The notes under the pieces: generated by a model
The model's database searches: none
What the model was told of the DNA's origin: nothing
The model's input: the letters and a program-made list of their open reading frames with translations, nothing else
In this document: one piece after another, positions 24,918 through 36,118 of the stretch
How positions within the stretch are numbered: the first letter of the stretch is position 1
Layout: every line of letters starts with the position of its first letter
Assembly: GCA_963772365.1 (NCBI GenBank)
Contig: CAVYXA010000001.1
Coordinates: 32,001 to 96,000 of the forward strand
Direction of reading: 5' to 3'
DNA length: 64,000 nucleotides
DNA from: an uncultured Verrucomicrobiae bacterium
GTDB lineage: Bacteria; Verrucomicrobiota; Verrucomicrobiia; Chthoniobacterales; UBA10450
Made by a program: the position numbers and the translations under genes

Positions 24918-26654
24918 TCAGACGCGGGCGGCGACGGTGGCGGTGTCGCGGCCGGAGCGGAGGATCGTGCCCGGGGTCGCGCCGGTCGACCGGTTGTCGG
25001 TGACCGTCTCGACGCCGTTGACGAAGACGTGCTCGACGCCCTCGGCGTCGGACGTCAGCCGGGCCGCGCCGCCGGGCAGGTCGGCGACGAGCGTGGCGGC
25101 TTCCGGCACCGATCGTCTCGGGGTCGAAGATCGCGACGTCCGCGTGGCACGCCCGTCGGCGAGCCGGCCACGGTCGCGGAGCCCGAAGAGCTGGGCGGGC
25201 TGATCGGTGATCATGCGCACCGCCTCCTCGAGCGGGACGAGCTTGCGCCCGCGGATCATGTCGCCGAGGAACCGGGTCGTGTACGGCGCGCCGCACATGC
25301 GGTCGAGGTGCGCGCCGGCGTCCGACCCGCCGATCATCGCCCGCGGGTCTTCCCACACCTGCTTGCGCAGCTCCCACGACGCGGCGTCGCCGTCCGGCGC
25401 GATCGGCCAGAGGATCGTGCGCAGGTCGTCGTTGATCACGATGTCGAGCAGCGTGTCGAACGGCTCGGTCCCGCGCTCGGCCGCGAGCTCCTTGACGGTC
25501 CGGCCCTTCAGGCCCTCGTTCGCCGTCGGAGTAGGTGTCGCCGAGGACGTAGTTCGTCCAGTCCGCGAGGCGGCGGAACACCCCGGCCTCTTCGCTCTGC
25601 GCCCGCTCGTTCATCCACTCGCGGGTCGCGGGGTCCTGGAGCTTCTCGATCCGCTCCGGCACCGGGAGGCTCATGACCTCCTTCCAGCCCGGGAGCATGA
25701 ACAGCGCGCAGTAGGTGCGGAAGCTCATGTTCATCGGGACGATCACCGGCATGCTGAGCGCGACGAGCCGACCGCCGGCCTCGGCCGCGATGCGTCGACG
25801 CCTGCGAGCTGGCGGGTGACCCGCTCGGGCACCCGCGAGTCGACCGTCAGCACGTTCCAGTTGAGCGGGCGCTGCCCCGCGACGGACATGCTGGGTGAAG
25901 CAGCTCGATCTCCTCGTCGCTGAACTGGTCGAGGCAGCCGTCGACGATCGCCTCGAGCGTCGTGCCTTCGTGGTCGCTCACCGCGCCGCAGAGCGCGAGC
26001 ACCTCGTCGTGGCTCGCCCACCGCGACGCGACCGGCTTCCCGTCGCCGTCGGAGTGGGTGTACGAGAGCGTGGTCGAGAAGCCGAGCCCACCGGCCTCGA
26101 TCGCCGTGTGCAGCTCCGCGACCATCGCCGCGACCTCGGCCTCGGTCGCCTCGCGCTCGACCGCTTCCTTGCCCATGACGTAGCGGCGGATCGCGCAGTG
26201 CCCGACGAGGAAGCCCGCGTTCACGCCGACGTTGCCCTCGAGCCGGCCGAGGTACTCGCGCGAAGCGTCTCCCAGTTCCACGGCACGCCGTGCTCGAGCG
26301 CGGCGAGGGGCATGCCCTCGACCTGCGCCATCATCCGCCGCAGGTAGTCCGCGTCCTCGCGTCGTGCACCGGCGCGAGCGTGAAGCCGCAGTTGCCGCCG
26401 ATGACGCTCGTGACGCCGTGGACGTTGCTCGGCGACGCCGCCGGGTCCCAGAAGAGCTGCGCGTCGTAGTGGGTGTGCGGGTCGACGAAGCCCGGGGTGA
26501 CGACGAGCCCGTCGGCGTCGATCGTCCGCGCCGCGTCGCTCGTCGACCTCCCCGACCGCGACGATCCGGCCGTCCCGGATCCCGACGTCGCCGCGCGTGC
26601 CGGCGCGCCGGTGCCGTCCACGATCGTCCCGCCGCGGATCACGATGTCGAGCAT
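24918..26654 (-). CDS. N-acyl-D-amino-acid deacylase family amidohydrolase (frameshifted)
   Basis: IRGGTIVDGTG, PGFVDPHTHYD, GGNCG, GGSDAGAH, VFVNGV. Confidence 0.88.
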
Positions 26655-26706
26655 GGCGTCGTCCCTCTCCTGGCCGCTGGCGCGCCGAATCTGACGGGTC
26701 GTCAGA

Positions 26707-27510
26707 TTACCCGTGCCTTGCAAGGCGGTCCCGACCCCCTTCGTTCCCGCGGCGGCTGAAGTGGTGCGTGCGGCCCGCATCGACGTAGCCCAGGCGCTGG
26801 TACCAACCACGCGGCCATTCGTCCAGTCCCGCGGTGAGGAACGACAGGTCGCAACCGGCCTGGGCGGCCCGCCTCAGTGCGTCACGGACCAGGGCGTCGC
26901 CGTAGCCCCGATGCCGGAAGTCCTCGTGGGTCACCAGGTTCTCGAATTGGGCGATGCGGCCCGCACGATCGACGGAGAGATCGGCGTGGGCAGCGATCTC
27001 GTCGCCGTCGTACACCGCGAGCAGCGTCAGCTCCGCGCCGTAGGCCTGGAGCGCAGTCCGGTCTGCGAGCTGACGGAGCTCCTCATCGGTGGCGTCCGGA
27101 AGCGTCACCCGCCAGTCCCGGATGATCGCCGGTCGGAGCTCCTCGAGCGACAGGGCCCGCACCTCGTGTGCCACGGGCTCGACCTCCGGACCCGAGGAGA
27201 TCATCGTCACGACGATCTCGTGCTCGTAGCCCGCGGCGACGAAGTGCTTCATCAGGGCTTGGCCCAAGATGTCGTCGACGCACACGTACCGGTGCTGCAG
27301 ACCCGCGCCGCCGAGCACCTCGTCCGCGGCTGCGAGCACGTCCGCACTTGATGCTTCCGCAGTGACGACGATCCGGTTGTGCCACTGCGAGAGCGGGAAC
27401 TCGCGTTGCAGTACGGCAAACCCCCAGGCGAGGTCCACGACATCGGTGGCCTGCGCCCGGGCGAAGCGATGGTCGAACGCCGTGATCCGCTCGATGTCGG
27501 AGATGCCCAC
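26707..27510 (-). CDS. GNAT family N-acetyltransferase
   Basis: VTHEDFRHRGYGDALV acetyl-CoA motif A, WYQRLGY. Confidence 0.8.
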   Translation of the reverse strand: MGISDIERITAFDHRFARAQATDVVDLAWGFAVLQREFPLSQWHNRIVVTAEASSADVLAAADEVLGGAGLQHRYVCVDDILGQALMKHFVAAGYEHEIVVTMISSGPEVEPVAHEVRALSLEELRPAIIRDWRVTLPDATDEELRQLADRTALQAYGAELTLLAVYDGDEIAAHADLSVDRAGRIAQFENLVTHEDFRHRGYGDALVRDALRRAAQAGCDLSFLTAGLDEWPRGWYQRLGYVDAGRTHHFSRRGNEGGRDRLARHG

Positions 27511-27687
27511 CGGCGAAGGATGCCAGAGGCCCGCCTCGGAGACGTTGCGTCAGGGCGGCCACACCTCAGTGAGGACGAAGGATCCGAGCGACGGGTGATC
27601 GTGGAGATCTCGTGGCGGGCGGTCTCTCGCAGCTTCGAAGCACTTCGTGCGGCGTCCGGCGAAGACGTCAGTTCCAGCGGACTAGCC

Positions 27688-28635
27688 ATGGTCGCTTTTC
27701 TTAATCTTTTTCCACCGGAAGCTTCCACGAGCGCGCATGAAGTCGATTTTCTCTATCTCGGACTGATTGGCGTCTCGGTCTTTTTCCTGGTGGTGATTTT
27801 CGGGCCGATGATCTGGTTTCTGGTGAAATATCGCCGGGGATCGCCGGCCGACCGATCGAACCCCAGCAGTGGATCAAACCTGATCGAAAGCGGCTGGACG
27901 CTCGGGCCCATCATTCTTTCGTTAGGTCTGTTTACCTGGGGCGCGGTCGTTTATTTTCACATCGAACGCAGGCCGAAAAACGCGCTCGAGATCCAGGTCG
28001 TGGGCAAACAATGGATGTGGAAACTGCAGCACGCCGAGGGCAAGCGCGAGATCGACGAACTCCACATTCCGGTCAATCGCACGATTTCGCTGACGATGAC
28101 TTCACAAGACGTGATCCATAGCTTCTTTGTGCCGGCCTTTCGGGTGAAGCAGGATGCCGTGCCTGGAAAATACACGAGCGAATGGTTCAAGCCGACTCGC
28201 ACTGGCGAATACCATCTTTTCTGCGCCGAATATTGCGGGACGCAACATTCGGGAATGATCGGCAAAGTTGTGGTGATGGAACCAAAAGCATACGAGCGCT
28301 GGCTGAGGTCGGGTCCGCCGACCGAATCAATCGCGCTGGCCGGAGAGAGACTTTTTCACGATCGCGGGTGCAGCGGATGTCACGCGCCGAACTCGAAGTT
28401 TCACGCGCCTCTGCTCGAAGGCCTTTATCGAAAACCGGTGCCGCTTTCGAACGGCACGATTGTCACGGCTGATGATCAATATCTGCGCGATTCGATTTTG
28501 CAGCCAGCCAAACAAATCTCGGCTGGTTACGACAATATCATGCCGAGTTTTTCGGGACATTTAACGGAGGAAGAGATCATGCAACTGATCGCTTACTTAA
28601 AGGAAATCGGAAACCAGGAGCCGGCTTCGCAATGA
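27688..28635 (+). CDS. coxB: Cytochrome c oxidase subunit II with C-terminal cytochrome c (caa3 type)
   Basis: QWMW, DVIHSF, CuA motif [12 protein letters not shown], heme motif CSGCH. Confidence 0.95.
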   Translation: MVAFLNLFPPEASTSAHEVDFLYLGLIGVSVFFLVVIFGPMIWFLVKYRRGSPADRSNPSSGSNLIESGWTLGPIILSLGLFTWGAVVYFHIERRPKNALEIQVVGKQWMWKLQHAEGKREIDELHIPVNRTISLTMTSQDVIHSFFVPAFRVKQDAVPGKYTSEWFKPTRTGEYHLFCAEYCGTQHSGMIGKVVVMEPKAYERWLRSGPPTESIALAGERLFHDRGCSGCHAPNSKFHAPLLEGLYRKPVPLSNGTIVTADDQYLRDSILQPAKQISAGYDNIMPSFSGHLTEEEIMQLIAYLKEIGNQEPASQ

Positions 28636-28657
28636 GCCTGCGGCTCCAGAGCTAAAC

Positions 28658-30310
28658 ATGCAAACCGCGACGGAAATCGACATAAAACTCGAAGGTGAGC
28701 TCGGTCGTGACACTTATCTCAGCGAACACTCTGTGCGCTCTTGGTTGCTCACCACGGATCACAAACGGATCGGGATCCTTTATCTCTGCACGATTTTGAT
28801 TTTCTTTACCATTGCTAGCGTGGCGGCAGCACTGATGCGGATCGAGTTGCTGACCCCAAAGGGCGATCTGGTTACTTCGGAGACGTACAACAAACTTTTC
28901 ACGATTCACGGCGTCCTGATGGTTTGGTTCTTTCTCATCCCGTCGATCCCGACCGTGCTCGGCAATTTCGCTCTGCCGATGATGATTGGTGCGCGCGATG
29001 TCGCGTTTCCGAAACTGAATCTATCGAGCTGGTATATTTTTTGCGCCGGCGGCGCGCTTGCGCTTTGGTCGCTCCTTCGCGGCGGAGTCGATACAGGCTG
29101 GACGTTCTATACGCCTTACAGCACGACCTACGCAAATACGCACGTGATCTCGATGGCCGCGGGGGTCTTCGTGGCGGGATTTTCCACGATCATCACCGGA
29201 ATGAATTTCATGGTGACCACGCATAAAATGCGCGCGCCCGGGCTGACCTGGTTTCGATTGCCGCTCTTTGTCTGGTCGCTTTACGCCACCAGCCTGATCA
29301 TGGTTCTGGCCACGCCGGTTCTCGCCATCACACTTGGTTTGATCTCGCTGGAGCGGATCTGGGGCATCGGAATTTTCGATCCGAAGCTGGGCGGCGATCC
29401 CGTTCTCTTTCAACATCTCTTCTGGTTCTATTCGCACCCGGCGGTTTACATCATGATCCTGCCAGGGATGGGAGTCGTTAGCGAAACGATCACCTGTTTT
29501 TCCCGGAAAAGGATTTTTGGTTATCCCTGGATCGCTTGTTCCAGTATGGCCATCGCCGTTCTTGGTTTTCTGGTGTGGGGCCATCACATGTTTGTCTCCA
29601 GCCAATCCATTTACGCGGGAATGGTTTTCTCGATCCTCAGCTTTCTGGTCGCGGTGCCTTCCGGGATCAAGGTGTTCAACTGGACCGCGACACTGCGCAA
29701 AGGATCGATTCATTTCACCACGCCGATGCTTTATGCTCTCGGCTTCATTGGCCTTTTTGTCATCGGCGGCCTAACGGGTTTATTTCTCGCGGCTCTCGGT
29801 GTCGATGTTCACGTGACCGACACCTACTTCGTCGTGGCACATTTTCATTACATCATGGTTGGCGGGATGGTGACGGCTTTCATGGGTGGCCTGCATTACT
29901 GGTGGCCTAAAATCAGCGGCCGATTGTATCCCGAGATTTGGGGCAAGCTCGCTGCGCTGGCGACGTTTCTCGGATTCAATCTCACGTTTTTTCCTCAATT
30001 CATAATGGGTTACCTCGGCATGCCGCGCCGTTATCACGCTTATCCGCCGGAGTTTCAGGTTTACCATGTTTTATCTACCGCCGGCGCATCGATTCTCGGG
30101 GTCGGTTATCTGTTGCCCTTGATTTATTTCCTCTGGTCGATCAAGCGCGGCCGCATCGCGGGGCCGAATCCATGGCGTGCCACCGGTCTGGAATGGCAAA
30201 CTCAATCGCCCCCGATCAAACACAATTTCGAAGAAACGCCGGTCGTGACCGGACCACCCTACATGTATAACGCCGAAGAAGATGTCGATCTCGATCTCGC
30301 CAGTGTCTGA
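28658..30310 (+). CDS. ctaD: Cytochrome c oxidase subunit I
   Basis: [17 protein letters not shown] (A2-type YS), WGHHM, HFHY, GMPRRY. Confidence 0.97.
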   Translation: MQTATEIDIKLEGELGRDTYLSEHSVRSWLLTTDHKRIGILYLCTILIFFTIASVAAALMRIELLTPKGDLVTSETYNKLFTIHGVLMVWFFLIPSIPTVLGNFALPMMIGARDVAFPKLNLSSWYIFCAGGALALWSLLRGGVDTGWTFYTPYSTTYANTHVISMAAGVFVAGFSTIITGMNFMVTTHKMRAPGLTWFRLPLFVWSLYATSLIMVLATPVLAITLGLISLERIWGIGIFDPKLGGDPVLFQHLFWFYSHPAVYIMILPGMGVVSETITCFSRKRIFGYPWIACSSMAIAVLGFLVWGHHMFVSSQSIYAGMVFSILSFLVAVPSGIKVFNWTATLRKGSIHFTTPMLYALGFIGLFVIGGLTGLFLAALGVDVHVTDTYFVVAHFHYIMVGGMVTAFMGGLHYWWPKISGRLYPEIWGKLAALATFLGFNLTFFPQFIMGYLGMPRRYHAYPPEFQVYHVLSTAGASILGVGYLLPLIYFLWSIKRGRIAGPNPWRATGLEWQTQSPPIKHNFEETPVVTGPPYMYNAEEDVDLDLASV

Positions 30311-30944
30311 ACAAGATCTAGTTGCCGAGCACTTCGACGATCTCGAGCAGCAGCGCAGCGCCGCGCAGCTCGGGATGTGGATTTTTCTGGCGACGGAAGT
30401 TTTGTTTTTTGGCGGACTTTTTCTTTCCTACTGCGTCTATCGAAATCTTTATTCCGCGAGCTTTATCGCCGCCAGTCATCATACCAAGGCCCTGATAGGC
30501 GGCATCAATACGGGGATTCTGCTCTTTAGCAGCACGCTCATGGCGCTGGCGGTTCGAGCGGCGGAATTGCGGCAACGCAAGAAACTGATCTGGCTTCTGT
30601 TGGGCACCGCGTTTTTCGGCATCATCTTCATGGGGCTGAAAGGATATGAGTACCACTCGGATTTTGCAGAACACCTTATGCCCGGAATCAATTTCGAGTG
30701 GCACGGCCCGAATCCCGGGCAGGCCGCGATTTTCTTTTGGCTCTACTTTACCATGACAGGACTGCATGCCATCCACGTCACGGTTGGCATTTTCATCATG
30801 CTGACGCTGGCTCTGCTCGCGTGGTTTGGGAAATTTACAACCGGTCATCACACGCCGGTGGAGATTGCCGGGCTATACTGGCACTTTGTCGATATCGTCT
30901 GGATTTTTCTTTTCCCGCTGCTCTATCTGATTGGACACCGCTAA
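30303..30944 (+). CDS. coxC: Cytochrome c oxidase subunit III
   Basis: [32 protein letters not shown]. Confidence 0.95.
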   Translation: MSEQDLVAEHFDDLEQQRSAAQLGMWIFLATEVLFFGGLFLSYCVYRNLYSASFIAASHHTKALIGGINTGILLFSSTLMALAVRAAELRQRKKLIWLLLGTAFFGIIFMGLKGYEYHSDFAEHLMPGINFEWHGPNPGQAAIFFWLYFTMTGLHAIHVTVGIFIMLTLALLAWFGKFTTGHHTPVEIAGLYWHFVDIVWIFLFPLLYLIGHR

Positions 30945-31232
30945 ATGGAAACGACCACTCATCCTCCGAAGCTGTACTGGAAAGTCGGCATCGCGCTCAT
31001 GTTGCTGCTCGCTCTGACCTGGAGCGTTGGCTATGTCGATCTTGGCCTGTTCAATCTTGTCTTCGCGATGGCTGTTTCCGTTACCAAAGCATTGCTGGTC
31101 GTCCTCTTTTATATGCACATCAAAGGCAGCAGCCGTCTCTTGCATCTGGTCGCCTGTGTCGGGGTCATTTGGCTGTTGATAATGATCATTCTAACGTTCA
31201 GCGATTATTTTAATCGCGGCTGGGTTCAGTAA
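30945..31232 (+). CDS. Cytochrome c oxidase subunit IV family protein
   Basis: Three TM helices, KALLVVLFYMHIK; position after coxC. Confidence 0.9.
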   Translation: METTTHPPKLYWKVGIALMLLLALTWSVGYVDLGLFNLVFAMAVSVTKALLVVLFYMHIKGSSRLLHLVACVGVIWLLIMIILTFSDYFNRGWVQ

Positions 31233-31242
31233 ACGATCGCGC

Positions 31243-31505
31243 CTAACGGCAAATCAACGCCACCACACCGCAGATTAGAGCGGCGCCAAAACTCAGCCAT
31301 ACGACGTAGTCGCGGACGTCGCCACTATGCCAACGCCGCAGGATCGATAATGCCCAGACGAGGGGAGTGGTTACAAATTTGGTTGGCAACCGATCGTGGA
31401 ACAGTGCCGCGAAAGCGATTGTTGCCGCCAGGACCGCCGCGCCTGTGCCGAAACTCAGTCCGGTCAGTGACGGTTCGGCGGATCGAGTCGCGTGGAGCGG
31501 GCGTC
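31243..31505 (-). pseudogene. Orphan C-terminal fragment of a complex I subunit 5 / MnhD-like membrane protein
   Basis: Reads GLSFGTGAAVLAATIAFAALF...LRRWHSGDVRDYVVWLSFGAALICGVVALICR*; no start or N-terminus. Confidence 0.55.
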
Positions 31506-31506
31506 G

Positions 31507-31664
31507 AGGGAAAGATCGCGATCATTGAAGCTGTCGAGCAGGATGTCGAGAACGAGGTCCACTTTGCTTTGATTTTAGAAGACGATCCCGGCAAAGACCT
31601 CGGTCTTATGCGCCAGCCCGGTCATCGATTCTTCTATTCCGCCGACGAAGTCGAACCGGTCTAA
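31507..31664 (+). pseudogene. Orphan C-terminal fragment of a conserved hypothetical protein
   Basis: GKIAIIEAVEQD...EDDPGKDLGLMRQPGHRFFYSADEVEPV*; upstream part of the ORF is antisense of another gene. Confidence 0.55.
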
Positions 31665-31671
31665 TGCGGCA

Positions 31672-32067
31672 TCATCCAGCGGAAAGATTGTACGCGATCT
31701 TGTGTGTCGGCTGGTAAAGCTGCATATCGTCCGCGCCGGGCACGATCATCAGGATTACACGACCATAAATCTCGTCTTCGATTTCTCCGCGGAACTTTGC
31801 GCCTTTTGCGCGCAACTCTCTCACCGTGGCATCGATGTCGTCGCACATGAGCGAGATCACGTGCTGCCGCGGATGATCATAGGTCTTACCTTCGTAAACG
31901 CTATGCGTCGGATGCACGCCCACTTCGCTCGGACCTGAGTTAAAGATCAGCCAGTCATTATCGTCCCATCCCTCCGCCACGAACTTCCAGCCGAGTACAT
32001 CACGAAAGAATGCCCGCGTCGCCTTCGCGTCGTCGGAATAAATCAAAGTATGAATTGAAGTGATCAT
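31672..32067 (-). CDS. VOC/glyoxalase family protein
   Basis: HTLIYSDDAKATRAFFRDVLG, LMCDDIDATV. Confidence 0.85.
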   Translation of the reverse strand: MITSIHTLIYSDDAKATRAFFRDVLGWKFVAEGWDDNDWLIFNSGPSEVGVHPTHSVYEGKTYDHPRQHVISLMCDDIDATVRELRAKGAKFRGEIEDEIYGRVILMIVPGADDMQLYQPTHKIAYNLSAG

Positions 32068-32117
32068 GATGCGCTAATTTACATCAGCATCTGCCGTTTG
32101 CCTCGCGCAGGGAGCCA

Positions 32118-32900
32118 CTAGGGCTTTAGCGCTTCGATCGTGGCGGAGACGAGATAATCCTCGACTCGCCTGCCAGGAAGCCATTCGCGAATGAATGATC
32201 GCGATGCGTCTTTTGGCGCGATCTTGATCTGTTCAAACCCGGCATCGCGCAGCATCGTTTCTAAATCGGTAACCTGCGATGCGCCGGCCATGCACCCGGT
32301 GTAAGCAGACCAATCAGTTTTCACTTCGCCCGGTAATGGCGCGGTTGCCACAACGTCCGCTACGGCGAGGCGGCCGCCTAGTTTTAGCACGCGAAAGGCT
32401 TCACGAAACACACGCGGTTTTTCCGGTGAAAGATTGATGACGCAGTTCGAGATAATCACATCCACGCTGTTATCCGCGACTGGTAATGCTTCGATCTCGC
32501 CGAGACGAAACTCGACGTTGCCAAAGCCATTCTTGCGCGCGTTCTCGCGGGCCTTCGCCAGCATTTCGTGCGTCATGTCCACCCCAATCACGCGCCCGGT
32601 CGCGCCGACCGCGCGCGCGGCGAGAAAACAATCGAACCCAGCACCCGAGCCAAGATCGAGAACCACTTGTCCTTCCTGCAAAGAAGCAATTGCAATCGGA
32701 TTGCCGCAGCCGAGTCCCAAGTTCGCCGCTTCCGGCGCAGCGGCTTTATCTTCGTCCGAGTAGCCGAGCTCAGTCGCTGCTGTCGAACCGCAGCACTCAT
32801 CGCCGCAGCTGGACGACTCACCACGCGCCGTCGCGCCGTAACGTTTACGGACTTCATCGCGGATCGTTTCAGATGAGGATTCAGTAAGGGACGTCTTCAT
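32118..32900 (-). CDS. arsM: Arsenite S-adenosylmethionine methyltransferase
   Basis: NLGLGCGNP, VLDLGSGAGFD, ISNCVINL, TGCMAGA cysteines; ars context. Confidence 0.93.
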   Translation of the reverse strand: MKTSLTESSSETIRDEVRKRYGATARGESSSCGDECCGSTAATELGYSDEDKAAAPEAANLGLGCGNPIAIASLQEGQVVLDLGSGAGFDCFLAARAVGATGRVIGVDMTHEMLAKARENARKNGFGNVEFRLGEIEALPVADNSVDVIISNCVINLSPEKPRVFREAFRVLKLGGRLAVADVVATAPLPGEVKTDWSAYTGCMAGASQVTDLETMLRDAGFEQIKIAPKDASRSFIREWLPGRRVEDYLVSATIEALKP

Positions 32901-32904
32901 AATA

Positions 32905-32943
32905 GTGTTGCCTTATATTCCTCTTCAGGCATATAGTCAACAC
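32905..32943. promoter_or_regulatory. Palindromic operator over divergent arsM/arsR promoters
   Basis: Imperfect inverted repeat GTGTTG..TATATTCCT-CTTC-AGGCATATA..CAACAC; TTGCCT-N18-TATAGT on + and TTGACT-N17-TATAAG on -. Confidence 0.6.
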
Positions 32944-32945
32944 GT

Positions 32946-33302
32946 TTGAAGCTCACTAAAATTTATCAGTGCTTCTGTGACCCGACACGCCTGCGGATTC
33001 TTCATCTGCTGACGAAAGGCCCGCTTTGCGTTTGCCACTTCCAGGAGATTCTCGGCGAGCCGCAGGTGAAAATTTCCAAGCACCTGGCGTATCTGCGTGT
33101 CCGCGAAATGGTCGTCGGCGAGCGCGAGCAAACCTGGATGATCTACTCGCTGCCAAAACAACGCGCCGCTGAACTGGAAGCGAACCTGAAATGCCTGCAC
33201 GACTGCGTGCAGACAGAACCGATTTTCAAACGCGATCTCCAGCAACTCGACAAGGTCGTCGCGAAGATCAAAGCGCCGGCAAAAGCATTCGCCCGCACGT
33301 GA
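32946..33302 (+). CDS. arsR: ArsR/SmtB family repressor
   Basis: DPTRLRILHLL, LCVCH, ISKHLAYLR. Confidence 0.9.
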   Translation: MKLTKIYQCFCDPTRLRILHLLTKGPLCVCHFQEILGEPQVKISKHLAYLRVREMVVGEREQTWMIYSLPKQRAAELEANLKCLHDCVQTEPIFKRDLQQLDKVVAKIKAPAKAFART

Positions 33303-33316
33303 GTATTCACGCAAAC

Positions 33317-33991
33317 ATGAAGAGATACGTCGCAGAAATGATCGGTACGTTTGCGCTCGTTTTCGCGGGCACCGGCGCAATCGTGATCAATGACGTTTCC
33401 GGTGGCGTCATCTCGCATATTGGCGTCGCGTTAAGCTTCGGCCTTGTCGTCATGGCCATGATCTATACCTTCGGTGATATCTCCGGCGCGCATCTCAACC
33501 CGGCGGTCACACTCGGCTTTGTTGCTGCGGGACGGATGTGCGCGAGCGAAGGTACACGCTATGTCGCCAGCCAGGTCACAGGAGCCGTCGTCGCCAGTAC
33601 TGTCTTGCGGCTGATGTTTCCTTCGCATCCCACGCTTGGCATGACCTTACCGGCCGGTTCTGCTCTGCAATCGTTCGCGCTCGAGCTTCTGCTTACTGCG
33701 ATCCTCATGCTGGTTATCCTTAGCATCTCAGTCGGCGCGAAAGAGAAAGGCATCACCGCAGGTATAGCAATCGGCGGCGTTATCGCGCTCGAAGCAATGT
33801 TTGCCGGACCGATCTGCGGCGCATCAATGAACCCCGCCCGCTCACTCGCGCCTGCACTCGTGACTGCGAATTTCCATTCACTCTGGATCTACCTTGTTGC
33901 GCCGATTGCCGGCGCGTCACTGGCAGTTCCGCTATGCATTTGCGTGCGCGAGGCGGGCTGCTGCGGCACTCTACACCTAACAAGCCAATGA
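33317..33991 (+). CDS. MIP family aquaporin/aquaglyceroporin, probable arsenite channel
   Basis: SGAHLNPAV and SMNPAR; located between arsR and arsC. Confidence 0.9.
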   Translation: MKRYVAEMIGTFALVFAGTGAIVINDVSGGVISHIGVALSFGLVVMAMIYTFGDISGAHLNPAVTLGFVAAGRMCASEGTRYVASQVTGAVVASTVLRLMFPSHPTLGMTLPAGSALQSFALELLLTAILMLVILSISVGAKEKGITAGIAIGGVIALEAMFAGPICGASMNPARSLAPALVTANFHSLWIYLVAPIAGASLAVPLCICVREAGCCGTLHLTSQ

Positions 33992-34434
33992 AACAAAAAG
34001 TGCTCTTCATCTGCATTCACAACAGCGCCCGCAGCCAAATGGCCGAAGCCTGGCTGAACTATGTCTGCGGAGATTGCTTCGAAGCACAGAGCGCCGGCCT
34101 CGAACCCGGAACACTCAATCCGCTCGCCGTTCGAGTGATGACGGAAGTCGGGATCGACATCTCAAAGAAGAAAACTCAATCAGTATTTGATGTGTTTAAG
34201 TCAGGCCAGCTCTTTGCATACGTCATCACCGTCTGCGATGAGAGCAGCGCCGAACGCTGCCCGATCTTTCCCGGTCCAAGCCAGCGACTCCACTGGAGCT
34301 TCGCCGATCCGTCCGCGGTCACCGGCAGCGAAGAAGAGACGCTGCTGAAAGTCCGCGCGACCCGCGACGAGATTCGCTGCAAAATCGAAGAGTGGTGCGA
34401 GCAAGTTTGCCCCGGTGCTTTCCTGCCTGTCTAG
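33988..34434 (+). CDS. arsC: Arsenate reductase, LMW-PTP (thioredoxin) type
   Basis: [31 protein letters not shown]. Confidence 0.93.
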   Translation: MKQKVLFICIHNSARSQMAEAWLNYVCGDCFEAQSAGLEPGTLNPLAVRVMTEVGIDISKKKTQSVFDVFKSGQLFAYVITVCDESSAERCPIFPGPSQRLHWSFADPSAVTGSEEETLLKVRATRDEIRCKIEEWCEQVCPGAFLPV

Positions 34435-34538
34435 CGCCTTCAAAAAACCGCGTCTGGAACTCGTGTGTCGTAGAACACCGTGCGTTTACCGCAAGACTGC
34501 ATTAGGCGCCGGAAGATCGCGCGAGAAGCGCCGCGTGA

Positions 34539-35368
<830 letters not shown>

Positions 35369-35369
35369 C

Positions 35370-35420
35370 GTCTTCCGCCGCGTCGCCGGCGTCACGCCGA
35401 CGGAGTTTCGGAGTGCGCTC
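35370..35420 (+). pseudogene. AraC-family 3' end remnant, copy 1
   Basis: VFRRVAGVTPTEFRSAL; near-identical to 37183-37233. Confidence 0.65.
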
Positions 35421-35460
35421 TATAGTTGTCTCGCGACGTAATTACAGTTACCCTCGCTCC

Positions 35461-35664
35461 GTGAGCCTCACCGAAATCAAGAGCGCCGTGGACGCCCTTT
35501 CTCCTGAAGAGCTTGCGGACCTGGCCGCTTTTATTCGCGAGCGGGACCAAGCCGCGTGGGATCGACAGATCGACGCCGACTTTGCCGATGGCGGACGGCT
35601 GCAGCGGGTGGCGGAAGAGGTTCGGGCGGACATCCGTGCGGGCCGCTTGCAGGACCTGCCGTGA
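35461..35664 (+). CDS. Putative type II antitoxin
   Basis: MSLTEIKSAVDALSPEE..WDRQIDADFADGGRL; GTGA overlap with toxin. Confidence 0.75.
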   Translation: MSLTEIKSAVDALSPEELADLAAFIRERDQAAWDRQIDADFADGGRLQRVAEEVRADIRAGRLQDLP

Positions 35665-35918
35665 CCGGGCGGACGCACCGTCGGTTCTGGAAGCAGTTCG
35701 ATTCGCTCCCTCCAGCCATCCAGAAACTCGCACGGGAAAAATACGCGCTCTGGAAGGACGATCCGTATCATGTCTCTTTGCGTTTCGAGGAACGGCGCAA
35801 CGGAATTTGCGTCGTCCGCATCGGCGAGCATTATCGCGCCGTCGGAGTGCGGGAAGGCGACGTGATCGCGTGGTTCTGGATCGGCACGCACGAGGAATAC
35901 AACCGCTTCCGCTTCTGA
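35661..35918 (+). CDS. RelE/ParE-like toxin
   Basis: RFWKQFDSLP..DPYHVSLRF..VRIGEHYRAVG..WFWIGTHEEY. Confidence 0.8.
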   Translation: MTGRTHRRFWKQFDSLPPAIQKLAREKYALWKDDPYHVSLRFEERRNGICVVRIGEHYRAVGVREGDVIAWFWIGTHEEYNRFRF

Positions 35919-36118
35919 TCGACTGCTCCCATTTCAGCTTCTCAGATTGTCAGCGTGTCAACTTTTTCCTTGGACCGGCCTCAGTCCGCTGCAATTCGTC
36001 ACCCGCGAACTATCACCCGCGCCCCAGCAGATGATGCGGGCTGTAACCCGTCAGGCAGCCAGACATCCCTCGAAATTCAAGGATCAACCTCCAGGATCGC
36101 ACCTGGCCAGGATTTCAG

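Noticed and set aside
27379..27687. Apparent 103-aa N-terminal extension of CoxB
   Set aside because: Overlaps the GNAT gene antisense and crosses the genome junction; natural start is ATG 27688
27686..27691. CCATGG (NcoI) site near the junction as a cloning scar
   Set aside because: It is simply the coxB start context; the breakpoint cannot be placed on it
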